Shown here: piece after piece, positions 34,838-62,610 of the stretch
Layout: every line of letters begins with the position of its first letter
How positions within the stretch are numbered: the stretch's first letter is position 1
NCBI GenBank assembly: GCA_051362555.1
Contig: CM120641.1
Span: 42,972,401-43,036,400 of the forward strand
Reading direction: 5' to 3'
DNA length: 64,000 bases
From: Lingula anatina
Lineage: Eukaryota; Animalia; Brachiopoda
Notes under the pieces: model-generated
Database searches by the model: none
Seen by the model: the letters and a program-made list of their open reading frames with translations, nothing else
What the model was told of the DNA's origin: nothing
Position numbers and translations under genes: made by a program

Positions 34838-37176
34838 GTAGCACGTTCATGTAAAATCATCACAAAATTACATTATAATGCCAGTGCAATTAGCTATTTG
34901 GAAGAGCACATTATATTTTATCAACTTGTATCATGCAGAAATAGACATTAAATTATTGTTCTCAAAATTTATTTTTTCACAATTCAATAAAAAACAAATA
35001 TCTTCTGTTACTGCAAAAATCATCAATCCCAAGCAAAATTAAGATCTGAAGTTAAAGATATCTGAGATATCTTGCTTTGAAAAAACAAATATTGCAAGCA
35101 TTTATTTAATTTGTGGAAGTTATTACAAGAGATGTTAATTTATTTTACCCACTACTTAATTTTTTAATATCTAAAATCGCCTTGCATCACGCGTTTGGGG
35201 GCCATATTTCACTTTATTGTAAATCATTTCCCCATGTTTTAACACTACTTAAAAACAATTTTACAGTTACATGTATAAATAAAAAACATACAAAAACTGA
35301 TTCAAAATTAATAAAACCTCAAATTAATGAAACCTCAAAAAGGCAAAAGTAACCATAAGATTATTCAAATCAAAAGGGTTTCATATTTCTTTTTTAAATT
35401 ATCGTGATTGTCGTAAAGGGAGAAGTTGATTATTTTATAAACTTTTATTTGACCTAGAATTTACGTACACTTTGATGGGGCACACTTGTATTTGGATCAA
35501 AAGTTCAGAACTGTGACAAGTACGGTATTATCATTTAAATTAGTACGTGAAATATTCTGTGTGGCATATAAGTAACGACAGGCAAAATATAACAAAGAAA
35601 CGTTACATAAATACTTGTCGTAAATTTCCCTGAATTTTTCTACGTTTTTCTATCTACTGACAGAGGTTACAGAAGAAAAAATGATACTTACGACACATGC
35701 ATACATGTACTTCTTTGCCTCGTTGAAGCCCGACCTTGCGACTGCACCACACGTTGTTGCGTCTTCAACCAAGTGTGTTCTCCTGCTTAGTGAACATTTG
35801 GGAAATCAGCTCGGACAACGATGAGCAACTTATTGTTATGCAAATTACAGACAGGAATGTCTCATTTTAGGTGAGGGACTGTGGCTGAAGCTGTTCACGA
35901 ATGTTTGCTTTATTCCACATATATTGTGCATGCATCTTTTTTAGATCTTTTAGAATAAGCCCCCATTGGAACCAGCACCTTATTTTCAACAGCAACTTAA
36001 GTGGCAAACACTTGAAACATTTGACAATATGCATGCATGTATGTAAATGTTGTGAGCTCGTGCAGGGGTGGGGGCCATTGGAGAATGGGCCAACGAAGAT
36101 AATTTGGAAAGCTGGCAGAAAATATCCCTGGATCTGCCCCTGTTAGTTATTTAATATTTTTTGTAATATTTTAGCTAAGTCCTAAATTCAGTTACACCCA
36201 TGATTAGCTAGTCGATATGGTGACAGAGCACAGTCAAAGTTTAACACGAAACACGACAAAACTGCATTCTCACAGAAGGTAATGTGCAAAAAACTTTCAA
36301 ACGTTACCAGGAATTGTGAGAAAAATACTTGAAGTACAGAATGTGTCAGTAAAATAAACGTGGACATCGTAATATCTTTTTGGCGCAGTCTATTTTTGTT
36401 AGTATTAATGGCCTGCAAATATTATCCAAAAGGGATGTTTTACCAGTTAATTTTTGTGGTAAAAAGACATGCACAATTCTGGATATGGTTCCAGGTCCAG
36501 GAAGGCAGACAGACTCAGGTGATTGCAATATCTTCAGACACTCCTGCTATTTATGTTAATCAGGGGTTGGCTTTTTTTTTAAAAAATTTTAAGTTGCTTG
36601 GGGGGAGGGGGGCTTACCGAGAATGCAGTGAAATACATTTTAACTGATACTCCAAATTCAAAAAGAGTTTTTAACAAAAGGTTATGTCAGTTCCTCTGCT
36701 TCTTTTACAAAAAGAGTTTACAGAAAACAAAATATATACGTAAATATTTTATTGCTATATTACAATCAACACAAACAACTACGGTCAACATTACCAAGAG
36801 GAGCCAATGCCATAAAACACAGTGTAAAACATACAATGAATGAAAAATACTCAGAATTGAATGAGTTGCATTGTTGGACAACTCCTTGTCAAGATTTGGT
36901 TGCATGAGTGGAAAAAGTGGTTGCAAATTGCAACCATGCAACCCTGTATGTCAAGCCCTGCAAATTATAATTTTGGATAAAAGTCATACTGGTACTGATA
37001 AAAAAAATACTAGTACATAATAATAAAAGTGAAGCATGCAATGTATCACTCTCTGGGGAAAGTGTGTACAAATGGATAAAATGATCGTTTTCCATACCTG
37101 CAATCACATGGGGTGCTTGTAAAGTATTCTTAACTATTTTGGTTTTTCAACTTCTTGTTTTTTGATAAACATCAAC

Positions 37177-38496
37177 CTAAGACTTTGTTGCATTATAAAA
37201 TCTTAAAGATCTGTTAGCACTGTTCATGGCACCAACACATTTTCTCCACCGGCACATCTCATTTTGGAAATGCTGTGGATAATTTTGATGGACACAGTCT
37301 TTTATGAACTGTATACGAACTGGGCAGAATTTCTTTTTATTAAAAGTTCCCAAAATATTTGTGTCATTCTGCAACCGTTCGGCATTACTTAATATCTTTG
37401 CCATTAATGCCACACAGAACTGTTCAGGCTTTTGCGACTTGAATTTTATGTGTTGTAAGTCTTGTGGACTGATGATGGGTGGTAGAATTTGTGTACCCAC
37501 TGTCAATGACCGGCTTTCATGGGATGGCACTTGTATGTTGTTTGATGGTGTGGATGATGCCATAGATGGCAACTTCTGTGTTTGCTGGTTTTCTGATTCA
37601 GGTCCCTGAGATTTGGAGTCGGAGTTTAATTCAGGCTGCACAGAGATACCAAAATGCACTTCAGAGTCATTTGAATTGTGACAAAGTTCATGCCTTTTTG
37701 TTTCCCTTAAATCTGCAAATTTTATACTACAGACCATACACTTAAACTCTTCCTTGTTATAACTGTTTTTTATAAGTCTGTGTTTCCTTTCACATTCTGT
37801 CACCAAGTTACAGCTGCCGTAATACTCATTGCAGACGGAACAGATGTAAATGTTGCCTTCCAACTTTTTACAGTTGTGGCCCCAGATTAAACCTTGTTCA
37901 AATTCTCCTTCAGTTGCATTGCAAAATTTACACGTTGGTTTCCTCACTCCAGAAGGTGCACTGAATCCTCTCTGGGCAGAAAAAGTCTGTGGAACAGATG
38001 AGATGCCAGCTTTTGCTGTATGATTAGCAAGAGGTGCAATCTGGTTGGGATTTTTTAAAAGGTCACTAACTGTTGCAATATTTCCTTGGTTATGTTTGGC
38101 AAGATCAAGCTGGCCGCTTTCATAACTTTCAACCTGCATGTCTAACCCAATGCTACCTTCACAGTCTTCACAGGTTAAATCTGAGTCTGTCTTTATAAAA
38201 TTATGTGCAAAGTCATCAAATTTAGACTCTCTTTCTGTAGGGTTTGTGTCTGTTTGATTTGCTTTCTGGCCATTTTGCAAAGTTTGACCTGCAGCAGTTA
38301 CTACTGGATGATTAATAAATGCAGATCTACTGAAGCCACTCATCCTTAACACACTGTCACATAAAAAACACCTTAAAGTCAAAGTCTGTTGTCCATCCTC
38401 TCTTGTTATAACATCCATCTTCATATGGATCAACAGGTGCCCCTCTTGGCATGTCTGTTGGCTTGAAGAAGCTGGTCTGCTCATGTCAATTCCCAT
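37177..38496 (-). CDS. Zinc finger + BEN-domain protein, copy 7 (439 aa from MGIDM)
   Basis: Intact ORF, closest to copy 6 (ILPPIISPQ, FCVALMAKI, VGAMN.ANRSLRF) and convergent with it. Confidence 0.85.
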   Translation of the reverse strand: MGIDMSRPASSSQQTCQEGHLLIHMKMDVITREDGQQTLTLRCFLCDSVLRMSGFSRSAFINHPVVTAAGQTLQNGQKANQTDTNPTERESKFDDFAHNFIKTDSDLTCEDCEGSIGLDMQVESYESGQLDLAKHNQGNIATVSDLLKNPNQIAPLANHTAKAGISSVPQTFSAQRGFSAPSGVRKPTCKFCNATEGEFEQGLIWGHNCKKLEGNIYICSVCNEYYGSCNLVTECERKHRLIKNSYNKEEFKCMVCSIKFADLRETKRHELCHNSNDSEVHFGISVQPELNSDSKSQGPESENQQTQKLPSMASSTPSNNIQVPSHESRSLTVGTQILPPIISPQDLQHIKFKSQKPEQFCVALMAKILSNAERLQNDTNILGTFNKKKFCPVRIQFIKDCVHQNYPQHFQNEMCRWRKCVGAMNSANRSLRFYNATKS

Positions 38497-40231
38497 ACTG
38501 GTGGAGAAAACGATTGGATTCTGAAGGACAAAGATACCAAGTATCATAAAGATGACACGTGAATCAAATATTATTATACTGATCATAAAGTTACAACATT
38601 CCATAGCTGTACATGTCTCCACACTGGAATACATGTAAAAGAAGTTTACTAATATGAATACTTTGTTAAGAAAGAGTGCTGCACTCGCCCCCCCCTCCCC
38701 CCATAAAAAATGGGGGAATACAGTATATGTACCTGTATATTGTAGTTTTATATATATCTTGTTCGAAGATTTGGATTAACTAAGATAAGTTTCTAGGCTC
38801 AATCTTGCCTCTGTAAGAGTAAGGCCTTACACTGAGGCATCATACAGGTGCTGAGAAACATTATGAGAAACATAAAGGACAAAGGGGAGGGGGATCAATG
38901 CTACCTGTATGATTCAGCTGTTGTGTGCACTAATTTTTATTCTAGTGACCATTCCTTTCCTTTGTAAGTCTGGACACGAATGAGGACATAAAAGAAACCA
39001 CCCATGAGATATTAGAGCAGCTGGGTCGTAGACTAACAAACTGGCGGGGATTGAGGCTCCAACTGCGTGATTTTAAACATTCTACAAAAGTTACACATAT
39101 AAAACACGTTTCAAAAGATAAAAAGGTCCACAATATATTATAGGTATTTTTTCAAGTAAGTGGCAGTTTTATATAATCCTACGACCCAGTGAATAAGTTG
39201 TTTTATGGGTATTAGTGTAATTCAAACATTGTTCAAATACTGTGTGGTGGGTCCAAGCCAAAAGCAATGTTATCGGCCCATAATTGTCACGTTTCGTTAC
39301 ATCGGTAATAGTGTAATATTTAAAAAACATCAACAAAGAGATAAAATTAGAGCGAAAACAAAGATTTTTACGCTCTTTAAGGAAGACAATGTGCGCTAGA
39401 CTTTTATGCAACAAAAATGGGAACTTTAACAATTTTTCAATAAGCACAGGGCTTGAAAAACCTTCCGTCCTTCTCAAACACATCTTCATCCCCTTGCAGT
39501 TCCCCTGAAAATGACAGTGGTCGAAACGACAACTCATCGGTGACTGGGTCTCACCTGAAAAGCCGTAAAAACAGAGCAAAAAAGTACAAAGTCAAAAGCT
39601 GCAAGATCTAGATAAGATAGACCTGTGCTTTTTATGTGTACCTCCAACGGGATCTGTGTACAGTAACACAGCTGAGGTGTGAGAGTTTGACATAGACCTG
39701 CTGATGTCCCACTCGAGCTCCAGTCGGTTTTGTCCAATCTGAAATTGATACTGGTGAAATTGCGTTCTTGAACAAACGGGAATCACGAATCATGTCGGTA
39801 AGTCCATTTTAAACCAACCTCATTTAATTGCATGCAATTAAAATAAGAGGGGTCTAGGCAGTTTCTGACCCTTAAATTACTAAAAATTTTAATATATACA
39901 CCTTCCCAAGTTTCAATATTACGCATGGCTTCAGCATCTGTTTATATTGAGAGGGTAGCAAACAAAGCAGTGTCTATCATGAATGACAGTTTCCATCCTG
40001 CTCAAAACTTAAAAAAAAAATTTACCAAGCAACTCCAGGGTTTTCGTTTCTAAGGGTAGTGAATGATTTTAGGTATAGCTTTTCTACTGTAGCTCTACCC
40101 TTTTCAATACAAAGTTTTAAGTTTTTTTAATGCAGCTTTTACTGTTCTTTAATACAGCGACGCTCTTGAAGAGCATTTTCTTCCCGATATTGTACATTTT
40201 TTAGGTTTATATTTTATTGGTTCAATAAACT

Positions 40232-41944
40232 TTATCTAAGACGACGCGACTTGGAAAAGTCGATTCGTTTTATATATCCTGATTGGTCTGTCTGTCCGTG
40301 TCTTTGCCGTAGTCGTCGCTGTCGATATCCGACATATGACGTTCGCCCCATAACTGCCAAACCATTATTTTGTTTTACTTTAAATTTACTAAATGGTTTT
40401 GTTTGGTAAAGAGGCAGGTCACTTTCAAAAATCGGCATAATCGATTTACATATACGGTAATTATCAAGGGCGTAGCACCCTGTACGCAGCGCGCATACAC
40501 GTGAACATTGGAAAAAAAATCATAGTAATAAAAAAACGGTACGTTTAATTTTTATACATAGTTTGAATGTTTTTGCTCGGGGACAAATAAGAGGGTGTAG
40601 GCCTAATATAAAATAATCCTATGCGGTTACCTTTATTTCCTTCAAAACGCTATAAACCATGCTTGCCGTCAGCTACGATCATCTTTAACATTAGAATTGC
40701 TATGTAGGCGGAAAAAAAGGTGATTGCAGAGTTGCACTTCAGTTCTTGTCCGTTCTCAGATTTACGTTTTGAATATTTTATGTAGATTTAAAAAATAAAA
40801 CATCGTTTTTTTGCATTACAGACCTTTGTCTTTTCAATATAGAAGTCATCTGTACAGCACAAAAGCAATATATATTTTTTATAAGAATGAGTCTGTGTGA
40901 ACTATCCCTTCATGCCCAGCTGTGGTTTCATAACTTTTCACGCACGCAGTGAACTGGCCGATCTTATATATTTTAGTTTTACAGTTAAACGAGACTTACC
41001 TGTAAGTTGAAGTTTGACTATAATTCTACCGAGTCTTCAGGAACAGAGGGTTTACGTGAGATAGAACCGAGACCGCGCATGCTCAGGTTTTAAAGGTGTG
41101 TGGTTGTCAGGAATAAACTGTGTAACTGGCTCCAATATTTCGCTTAACATTCTCTTAAATACACCATTTTAAGCTAGATTTTTAGAAATGTTCTTCGGGG
41201 AGGACCACCACACCCCCACCCGACGGCTCCCTTTGGCAGCCGACTCGTGGCCTACGGCCCCACAATCTACACGCATATAAAACGTTGCGTACACTTCATT
41301 TTATCCATAGAAGTAGAGAAACTTTATGATTTTATCCTAGCTATGCCCCTAATTATTCCGTTTTTATTTTATTTTATTTATTTATTTTGCACAATTTTGA
41401 TGGCGTTCGCCTCATAACTTCCAAACCATATTTTTGTTTAATCAAAATTTACAGAGTGGCTTTGTTTGATTAAGAAGCAGGATGCTTTCGAAAATCGGTA
41501 TGCTGACTTTTATGGTATTTTTTTTCTTTTTTTTTGCGCAATTTTGGTGACGTTCACCCCATAAATTTACTCAGTGGCTTTGTTTGGTTAAGAGGCAGGT
41601 TGCTTTCGAAAATCGGCACGATTGGTTTACATTTACGTTAATTCTTCTTTTTTTTTGTGATATTTTCATTTTTCACACATTAACATTTTCAGTGGCTTTT
41701 ATATCCCATGGAACTGAATCACTTGCTATTTTTCAATGTCCATGTTACCTGTAGTACAAATTGTAAGAGCGTAAGAGTGATAATGCTTTAAAATAGCATA
41801 ATCACTCTTACATTATTAGCGCATCAAAATTGGCCAAAACATTATATTATGCACTTTTTTCTGCCTAATGTCTGAACATGTAACGGCTTTGCTGGCTTGT
41901 TTCCTGCATGGTGTCTGTACATTTGCAAGCTTTGCCGTCTAGTT
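40232..41944 (+). mobile_element. Second Helentron/HINE-like element with a nested MITE
   Basis: Starts TTATCTAAGACGACG, followed by a GTCTGTCTGTCCG microsatellite and three related internal repeats (TTTGTTTG.T.AAGA.GCAGG...TTTC.AAAATCGG). Ends GCAAGCTTTGCCGTCTAGTT. Confidence 0.55.
40465..41350. mobile_element. hAT-like MITE nested in the HINE
   Basis: Ends CAAGGGCGTAGC / GCTATGCCCCT with TAATTAT duplicated at the junctions. Confidence 0.6.
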
Positions 41945-42550
41945 ACATATTGTGGTGGGTTGTTCTAAAATACATTTTAGTAAGATTTTTTTTCTTGGTT
42001 TCTAGGCTGAGTTATCTTTTTTAATAATCTCTGGCCTACAGATCAGTTTTTTAGTTGAAAGAAAACCCACAATTTTTATAAACCCAATCAAGCATCCTTA
42101 AAATAACCGTATTACTAATATGCTCCTAATTATATGAAGAATAATTTGTCAATCAGAATTATTCAGATTATATGGGGTGACTACATGGCTGTTATCTCAT
42201 TTCTGCCCATATAAACAGTGGCTGCCCATATTAAAGAGTGGAAAAATACATCAGATTATAAACTGTCAATCATCTTGCAATTTAATACTATAAAAAATTT
42301 AATGCTTTAATTACATTCCAGTACATTTGTAAATATTCAGTTTTGCATAATGATAACTGGAAATTAATAAGAACTCTTGGGCAATTTTTAGGCCAGTGAT
42401 GTTATATTCCAGTTGAAACATGACATTATCTCTCATGCTTGTTTGATTTTACTACAATATTATCAATGTGTCACTATTTACACTACACCTACACAAAGTT
42501 CTGTTCATTACCATGATAAGTCAAACCAGAATAAGTGCTACACACATCAG

Positions 42551-44029
42551 TTATTCATTCTGCTTAAGCCTCTCCCTCCTTGAAAAACCTCGACAATAAC
42601 TATCGATGGCTGATCTTATTTTAGGCCATTCGAGGTCTAGGCCATAATTGGTCATTCCAAAAGCCTGACACAAACTTCTTTTAATTGTTTCAATCTTTTC
42701 AGCATTTAACCTTTTCTTTCCATTAACACCATTAATATTAGCTCCAATTATCTCTACTCTAGAAAATAACCGTTTCACTAGTCTTGTGGCAAATGCAGTT
42801 ACAGTGCCAGTCTGCTGTTTAAGTTTATACAGGTCTTTTAAACTGGGAGCACTGGGGATAGGGGCTGATTCAGACAGTTCGGATGAAGCTACCGAGTCAA
42901 CCTGACTGTGACAGGTTTCATGCCTTTTAGTTTGTTGCATGTCCTGGAAGGTTTTGTTACAAAAAATACACTTGTATTCCTCTTTATCATGTGCAGTAGT
43001 TACAAGTCTGTGTTTTCTTTCACAATCCATGACACTGTCAAAGTTTTCATAATACTCATGGCACACTGAACATATAAAAACAATGGTGTCTGTTCTGGGG
43101 CAGGCGTGGCCCCACACTGTGCATTCTCCCAACTCGCCCTGGGTGGAATTGCAAAATTTACATGACAGTTTTCTTAATCTTTTAGCTTTCCCAGACCTAA
43201 ACTGAGACTGTCCAGTTGAGGACACTGTCTGCACAGGAATCTGGGACTGAGGCACTGGACTCGCCTGTAGTTTTGTTCTTTTGGATATACTGGCATATTC
43301 ACCCTGTCTAGAATCATTCCTCAACAAGCGTTTACATGTAGTTGACCTCTCTTCAGGCAAAACTGGGTTATGCTCCGCATGAATGTGTGAAAGAAGATTT
43401 TTACGTGTTGTAAAATATGTTCCACATTCACTACAAAAATACCGACTCTGCCTTTTCCATTTGGAATGTTCGTCACCTTGGTCCGGAACACCATTCTGTC
43501 CATAATTTTTATCAGCAGAATTACATGTCCCTTCATCTTCATCACTTCCATGGGAACTGTCATCTCCAACATTCTCTGATGTAAATGTATCATTGTTCAT
43601 TTCAATTTCAAAACTGCTGACATGTAAATCTGAATCAAACTCACTGTCATTATCAGCAGCACTATTGCAGGCACTGGCCACACCAGTAAATGTCACCTCT
43701 GGTTCTGGTTTTATCAATCCCTGAGAATCATCCTTCAGTCTTAACCCTTCTACACTCTGCTCTGGCTCATGTCCTAGAGTGCACAGGCTGGTCAAGGTAG
43801 CTGGTGCAGTACCAGTACTTGTACCATAGTCACCATATGCAGCATGATCTGACTGGTCCAGCTCTGAGCAAGGCGTCATTCGAAATGAAATTTCACAAAC
43901 TGAACATCTAAAGAACAGTTCTGGAGGAGAATTATCCTTCATTTCAATGTCCAGTTTTATGCTAGTTAGCAGGTGCCCATTCTGGCACTCCCCTGCAGGT
44001 CCTACTGGTTGACTGACTCTGATACCCAT
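42551..44029 (-). CDS. Divergent zinc finger + BEN-domain protein, copy 8 (492 aa from MGIRVS), with an extra C2H2 finger
   Basis: Contains CQNGH..CSVC, an extra YFCSECGTYFTTRKNLLSHIHAEH finger, CKFC..HAC, CSVC..CERKH, CIFC..HETCH and a very BEN-like FATRLVKRLFSRVE..NINGVNGKKRLNAEKIETIK..WPKIRSAIDSYCR. Confidence 0.87.
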   Translation of the reverse strand: MGIRVSQPVGPAGECQNGHLLTSIKLDIEMKDNSPPELFFRCSVCEISFRMTPCSELDQSDHAAYGDYGTSTGTAPATLTSLCTLGHEPEQSVEGLRLKDDSQGLIKPEPEVTFTGVASACNSAADNDSEFDSDLHVSSFEIEMNNDTFTSENVGDDSSHGSDEDEGTCNSADKNYGQNGVPDQGDEHSKWKRQSRYFCSECGTYFTTRKNLLSHIHAEHNPVLPEERSTTCKRLLRNDSRQGEYASISKRTKLQASPVPQSQIPVQTVSSTGQSQFRSGKAKRLRKLSCKFCNSTQGELGECTVWGHACPRTDTIVFICSVCHEYYENFDSVMDCERKHRLVTTAHDKEEYKCIFCNKTFQDMQQTKRHETCHSQVDSVASSELSESAPIPSAPSLKDLYKLKQQTGTVTAFATRLVKRLFSRVEIIGANINGVNGKKRLNAEKIETIKRSLCQAFGMTNYGLDLEWPKIRSAIDSYCRGFSRRERLKQNE

Positions 44030-45079
44030 TTGATTGTGACAGCTTGAAATAGCTATAAATAAGAGCAAGATATAAGAATTATGAAAATAACGGGTAACAA
44101 AACTGTGATTTGCAATATCCCTCTGATAGCAGGGTCTGCAGACAAATGTAAGTGCCATTAATTTATTTTCCAGATTTCTACATTGTCAAATAGTTTATTC
44201 CTAACCATGTGGCTAACTGTACACCAAATTTCAAATCTCCCTTTTTTCATTATTAGAAAAAACGTACTAAAATACAGTGTGCTTTTTAGACGTAACTTTT
44301 GAATTAGTAGTGGCAAAGCTTGAAATTATGATGAATTATCATTGCATTACAGTCATTACAAACTATAGCCCACTAAGACTACTGTTTTTAGGTGTAATTT
44401 TCTTTTTTCCCCCATGAATACACGTTTACATTTAACTTACCAATTTGAGTTTTGCTTAATTTGTTTGCCACACTTGCCACCGATGTTGAATTTTCTTAGT
44501 ACCTTTAATCAAGACAATCCCTAACGGTCTATTTCAACAACATCAAAATTTTATGGTGTGAATAAGTATTAATAAGGTATTCTTTATTGTACCTGTGCGC
44601 TTAGGCCAAAATTTGAACATAAATATCTAGTCCCTATTGTTAAAATGCTTTTCATATCTTTTACCAGTTCATCTGCATTTTGAACTGGGAAATGGAAAGC
44701 TTATTTATAGTGGTTTATTTTTATCATTATCATTTGGTACATTTTGTGCAGAGGAAATGCTTTTCATTCATTTCGCTAAAATGCAATTAGAAAGAAAACC
44801 TATAAAATCAATACAAATTTTATTCAGGACACAACTTGCCTTGAACTCATGCACAATGGTAAAAAAGCATGAATTAAAACATGTTTATAAAAACAGTCAA
44901 AACAAGTAAATTCCATACAAGAAATAATGTACTGTATGTACGTATATGATCAACTGTGTTTTTTTAATACTATGTTCTCTGTGCATGGTATTCAGAGATT
45001 GATTGCAAAAGCAGCAAACTTGAACTCTCTTGAGATTTATTTCACTCAAGGACTGGTGTAAGGGTCGAGTCATACTTAC

Positions 45080-45121
<42 letters not shown>

Positions 45122-45726
45122 TTCACATGTAGCAACTGGCATTTAATTGCCTCATTATTTTCCAAGCTCTGTATGGTTATGGCTTTGCTGTGGTATACAA
45201 TTGACAAAAGCATCAAGAACTTAGGTATACACCAAAACAAAACCAAGCAAAGTTGTTAACATTATTATGCAGCATTACTTTTGCCAGCCAGGTTTTTCTA
45301 CATCTAAACTCAATAACATAGTCATGTCACTAAACATAACCATATCACAAAACATGATACTGATGACAGGATTTTGTCTGATAATTAAATTCATGTCATT
45401 GACATGAGATTATGCTACTGCAGAAAAGATAAAACAGACCCAACAAAATTCAAGGCTTGGCACAATATGCCACACGAAAAAGCTTTAGATTTCAATACAG
45501 TATACGTACTGTACATCTTCTCTAAGATCCGACTACAAAGTAATGTAAAAAGCTGCAATTCCCAACAATGCCTTCTAAAATGTTACTGGCTTCTTGTACT
45601 CTAAATTTTTCAATGTGATGTCAAAGGTTATATACACGTATGTATAAGATTTGCAGGCATCTTTGCAGTCTACTGGAATCAAACAAAAGGTCTCTGTCAG
45701 TAAATGGACATGTTACAGGTTGTGAT

Positions 45727-52159
<6,433 letters not shown>

Positions 52160-52689
52160 GGCAGTTCTATTGTGTTATTCAAGCATCACAGCGTGGTTTG
52201 CCTGAAATCATCATCTACATGTGTATAATGTGATTGTTATTATTTGAGGCAGGTGCAAGTTTCACATTTTTTAATATATTCTGCATATCAAAAAAACTTC
52301 ACAATAAGAAAAAGACAGACTCAAGAGTTTGTCTCATTACTCAGAGCAGTTGGTGGGATGCAAGCCTCACCTTGTTTCTAATTTAGAAACACAAATTCAA
52401 ATTCAGACTTAGTTATGCCTTTAAATTATGGGGTATGTGTGCGGGGGAGGGGAGGGGGGGGAGAATACTGCAACAGCACCCGGAGTTTATTACATAGATT
52501 TATTTTAACCTCTTTAAAATTCACCGAGAAGTTGTGTGGACACATACTGGGAGTAAGTAAAGATTAATGCTTTGACGATCTAATTAGTTTTCTTATGACA
52601 GGTAGTTAGTTGCCTTACTTGAAGGCATTAAAATTGTAAGTAGCAGAGAAAGAAAAATCAGAGTTTAAATAGCATTTCTGGCGATGAAA

Positions 52690-53561
52690 ACATACTTACA
52701 AATATACACTTGGGAAAGAAAACTCCAATGATCTTCATCTTTTTCTTTTTTGTTTAGAAGCCATCTTGGAATCTCCAACGAATGAAAAAGGGTACAAACT
52801 TGCCATCAGATAAATATAACAAGAAGAGGCGCATACAATGTCTAGAATATGATCTTCTTATCGAGTAATATTGTTTAGATAATTTATTTTTAGATATTTC
52901 ATTTATCTCAGACAGTAAGAAAGTTAATTATTGAACTATTTTATTAACTTTTTAACGATAAATACAGTTTGTCTTGTCTTGTTTGCAAATTTGTGGCCGA
53001 CGCTAGTTTATTTATTTTCGAGGACATTTCGGCGGGTGCACATGTCTAGGTACTTACACTTTGTTTATTGTCGATATATCGACCTAAAGACCGCCGGTGA
53101 AGAGATATTTTATTTTATTTTATAATAATTAACTAGTTTAATAATATAAACCTCTGCAATGTAATAGAAGTATTATAAGAACCTCATATACACCGCACCG
53201 AGCACTGTAACTGCTTGATCAACTTCCTTCATGACTGCACTGGCTGTACGTTCAGTGCTGTAGTCTCTTCATTAATAAATTAATACTTTATTGATGAACT
53301 TTTTTAAAGAGTGCATCATAGTTTTATGTATATTAAACCCATTTATAAAAAATTCTAGATCAGATTTATTGACATAACAGCATTGCCGTAGTCATTGATA
53401 TTAGTTCCACGAACTGCATTCAATTTATAACAGTAATATATAACGTTAAAAGGGTGAACTGCAACTCGTGTAATTATTTCAATAAATTTTCCAATTCTAG
53501 TTTTCAGTCAGTAAGGCAAGTGAACCACTTTCTTTGCTGTTAACATCCTTTTGCAAGAAAG
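52690..53561. promoter_or_regulatory. Putative bidirectional promoter region FSIP1 / RIOX1
   Basis: The genes are head-to-head. FSIP1 5' non-coding exon donor at ~52694-52699 (ACTTAC on +) with a YY1-like GCCATCTT at ~52760. Locally raised CpG at ~52995-53200. Confidence 0.45.

Positions 53562-62610
<9,049 letters not shown>

Noticed and set aside
34456-34863. 135-aa repetitive ORF
   Set aside because: It is a translation of the 34-bp minisatellite, whose unit is not a multiple of 3.
45081-45121. 41-nt poly-C/G run as a functional G-quadruplex
   Set aside because: Similar homopolymers occur in several MITE relics here and their lengths are error-prone; there is no independent support.
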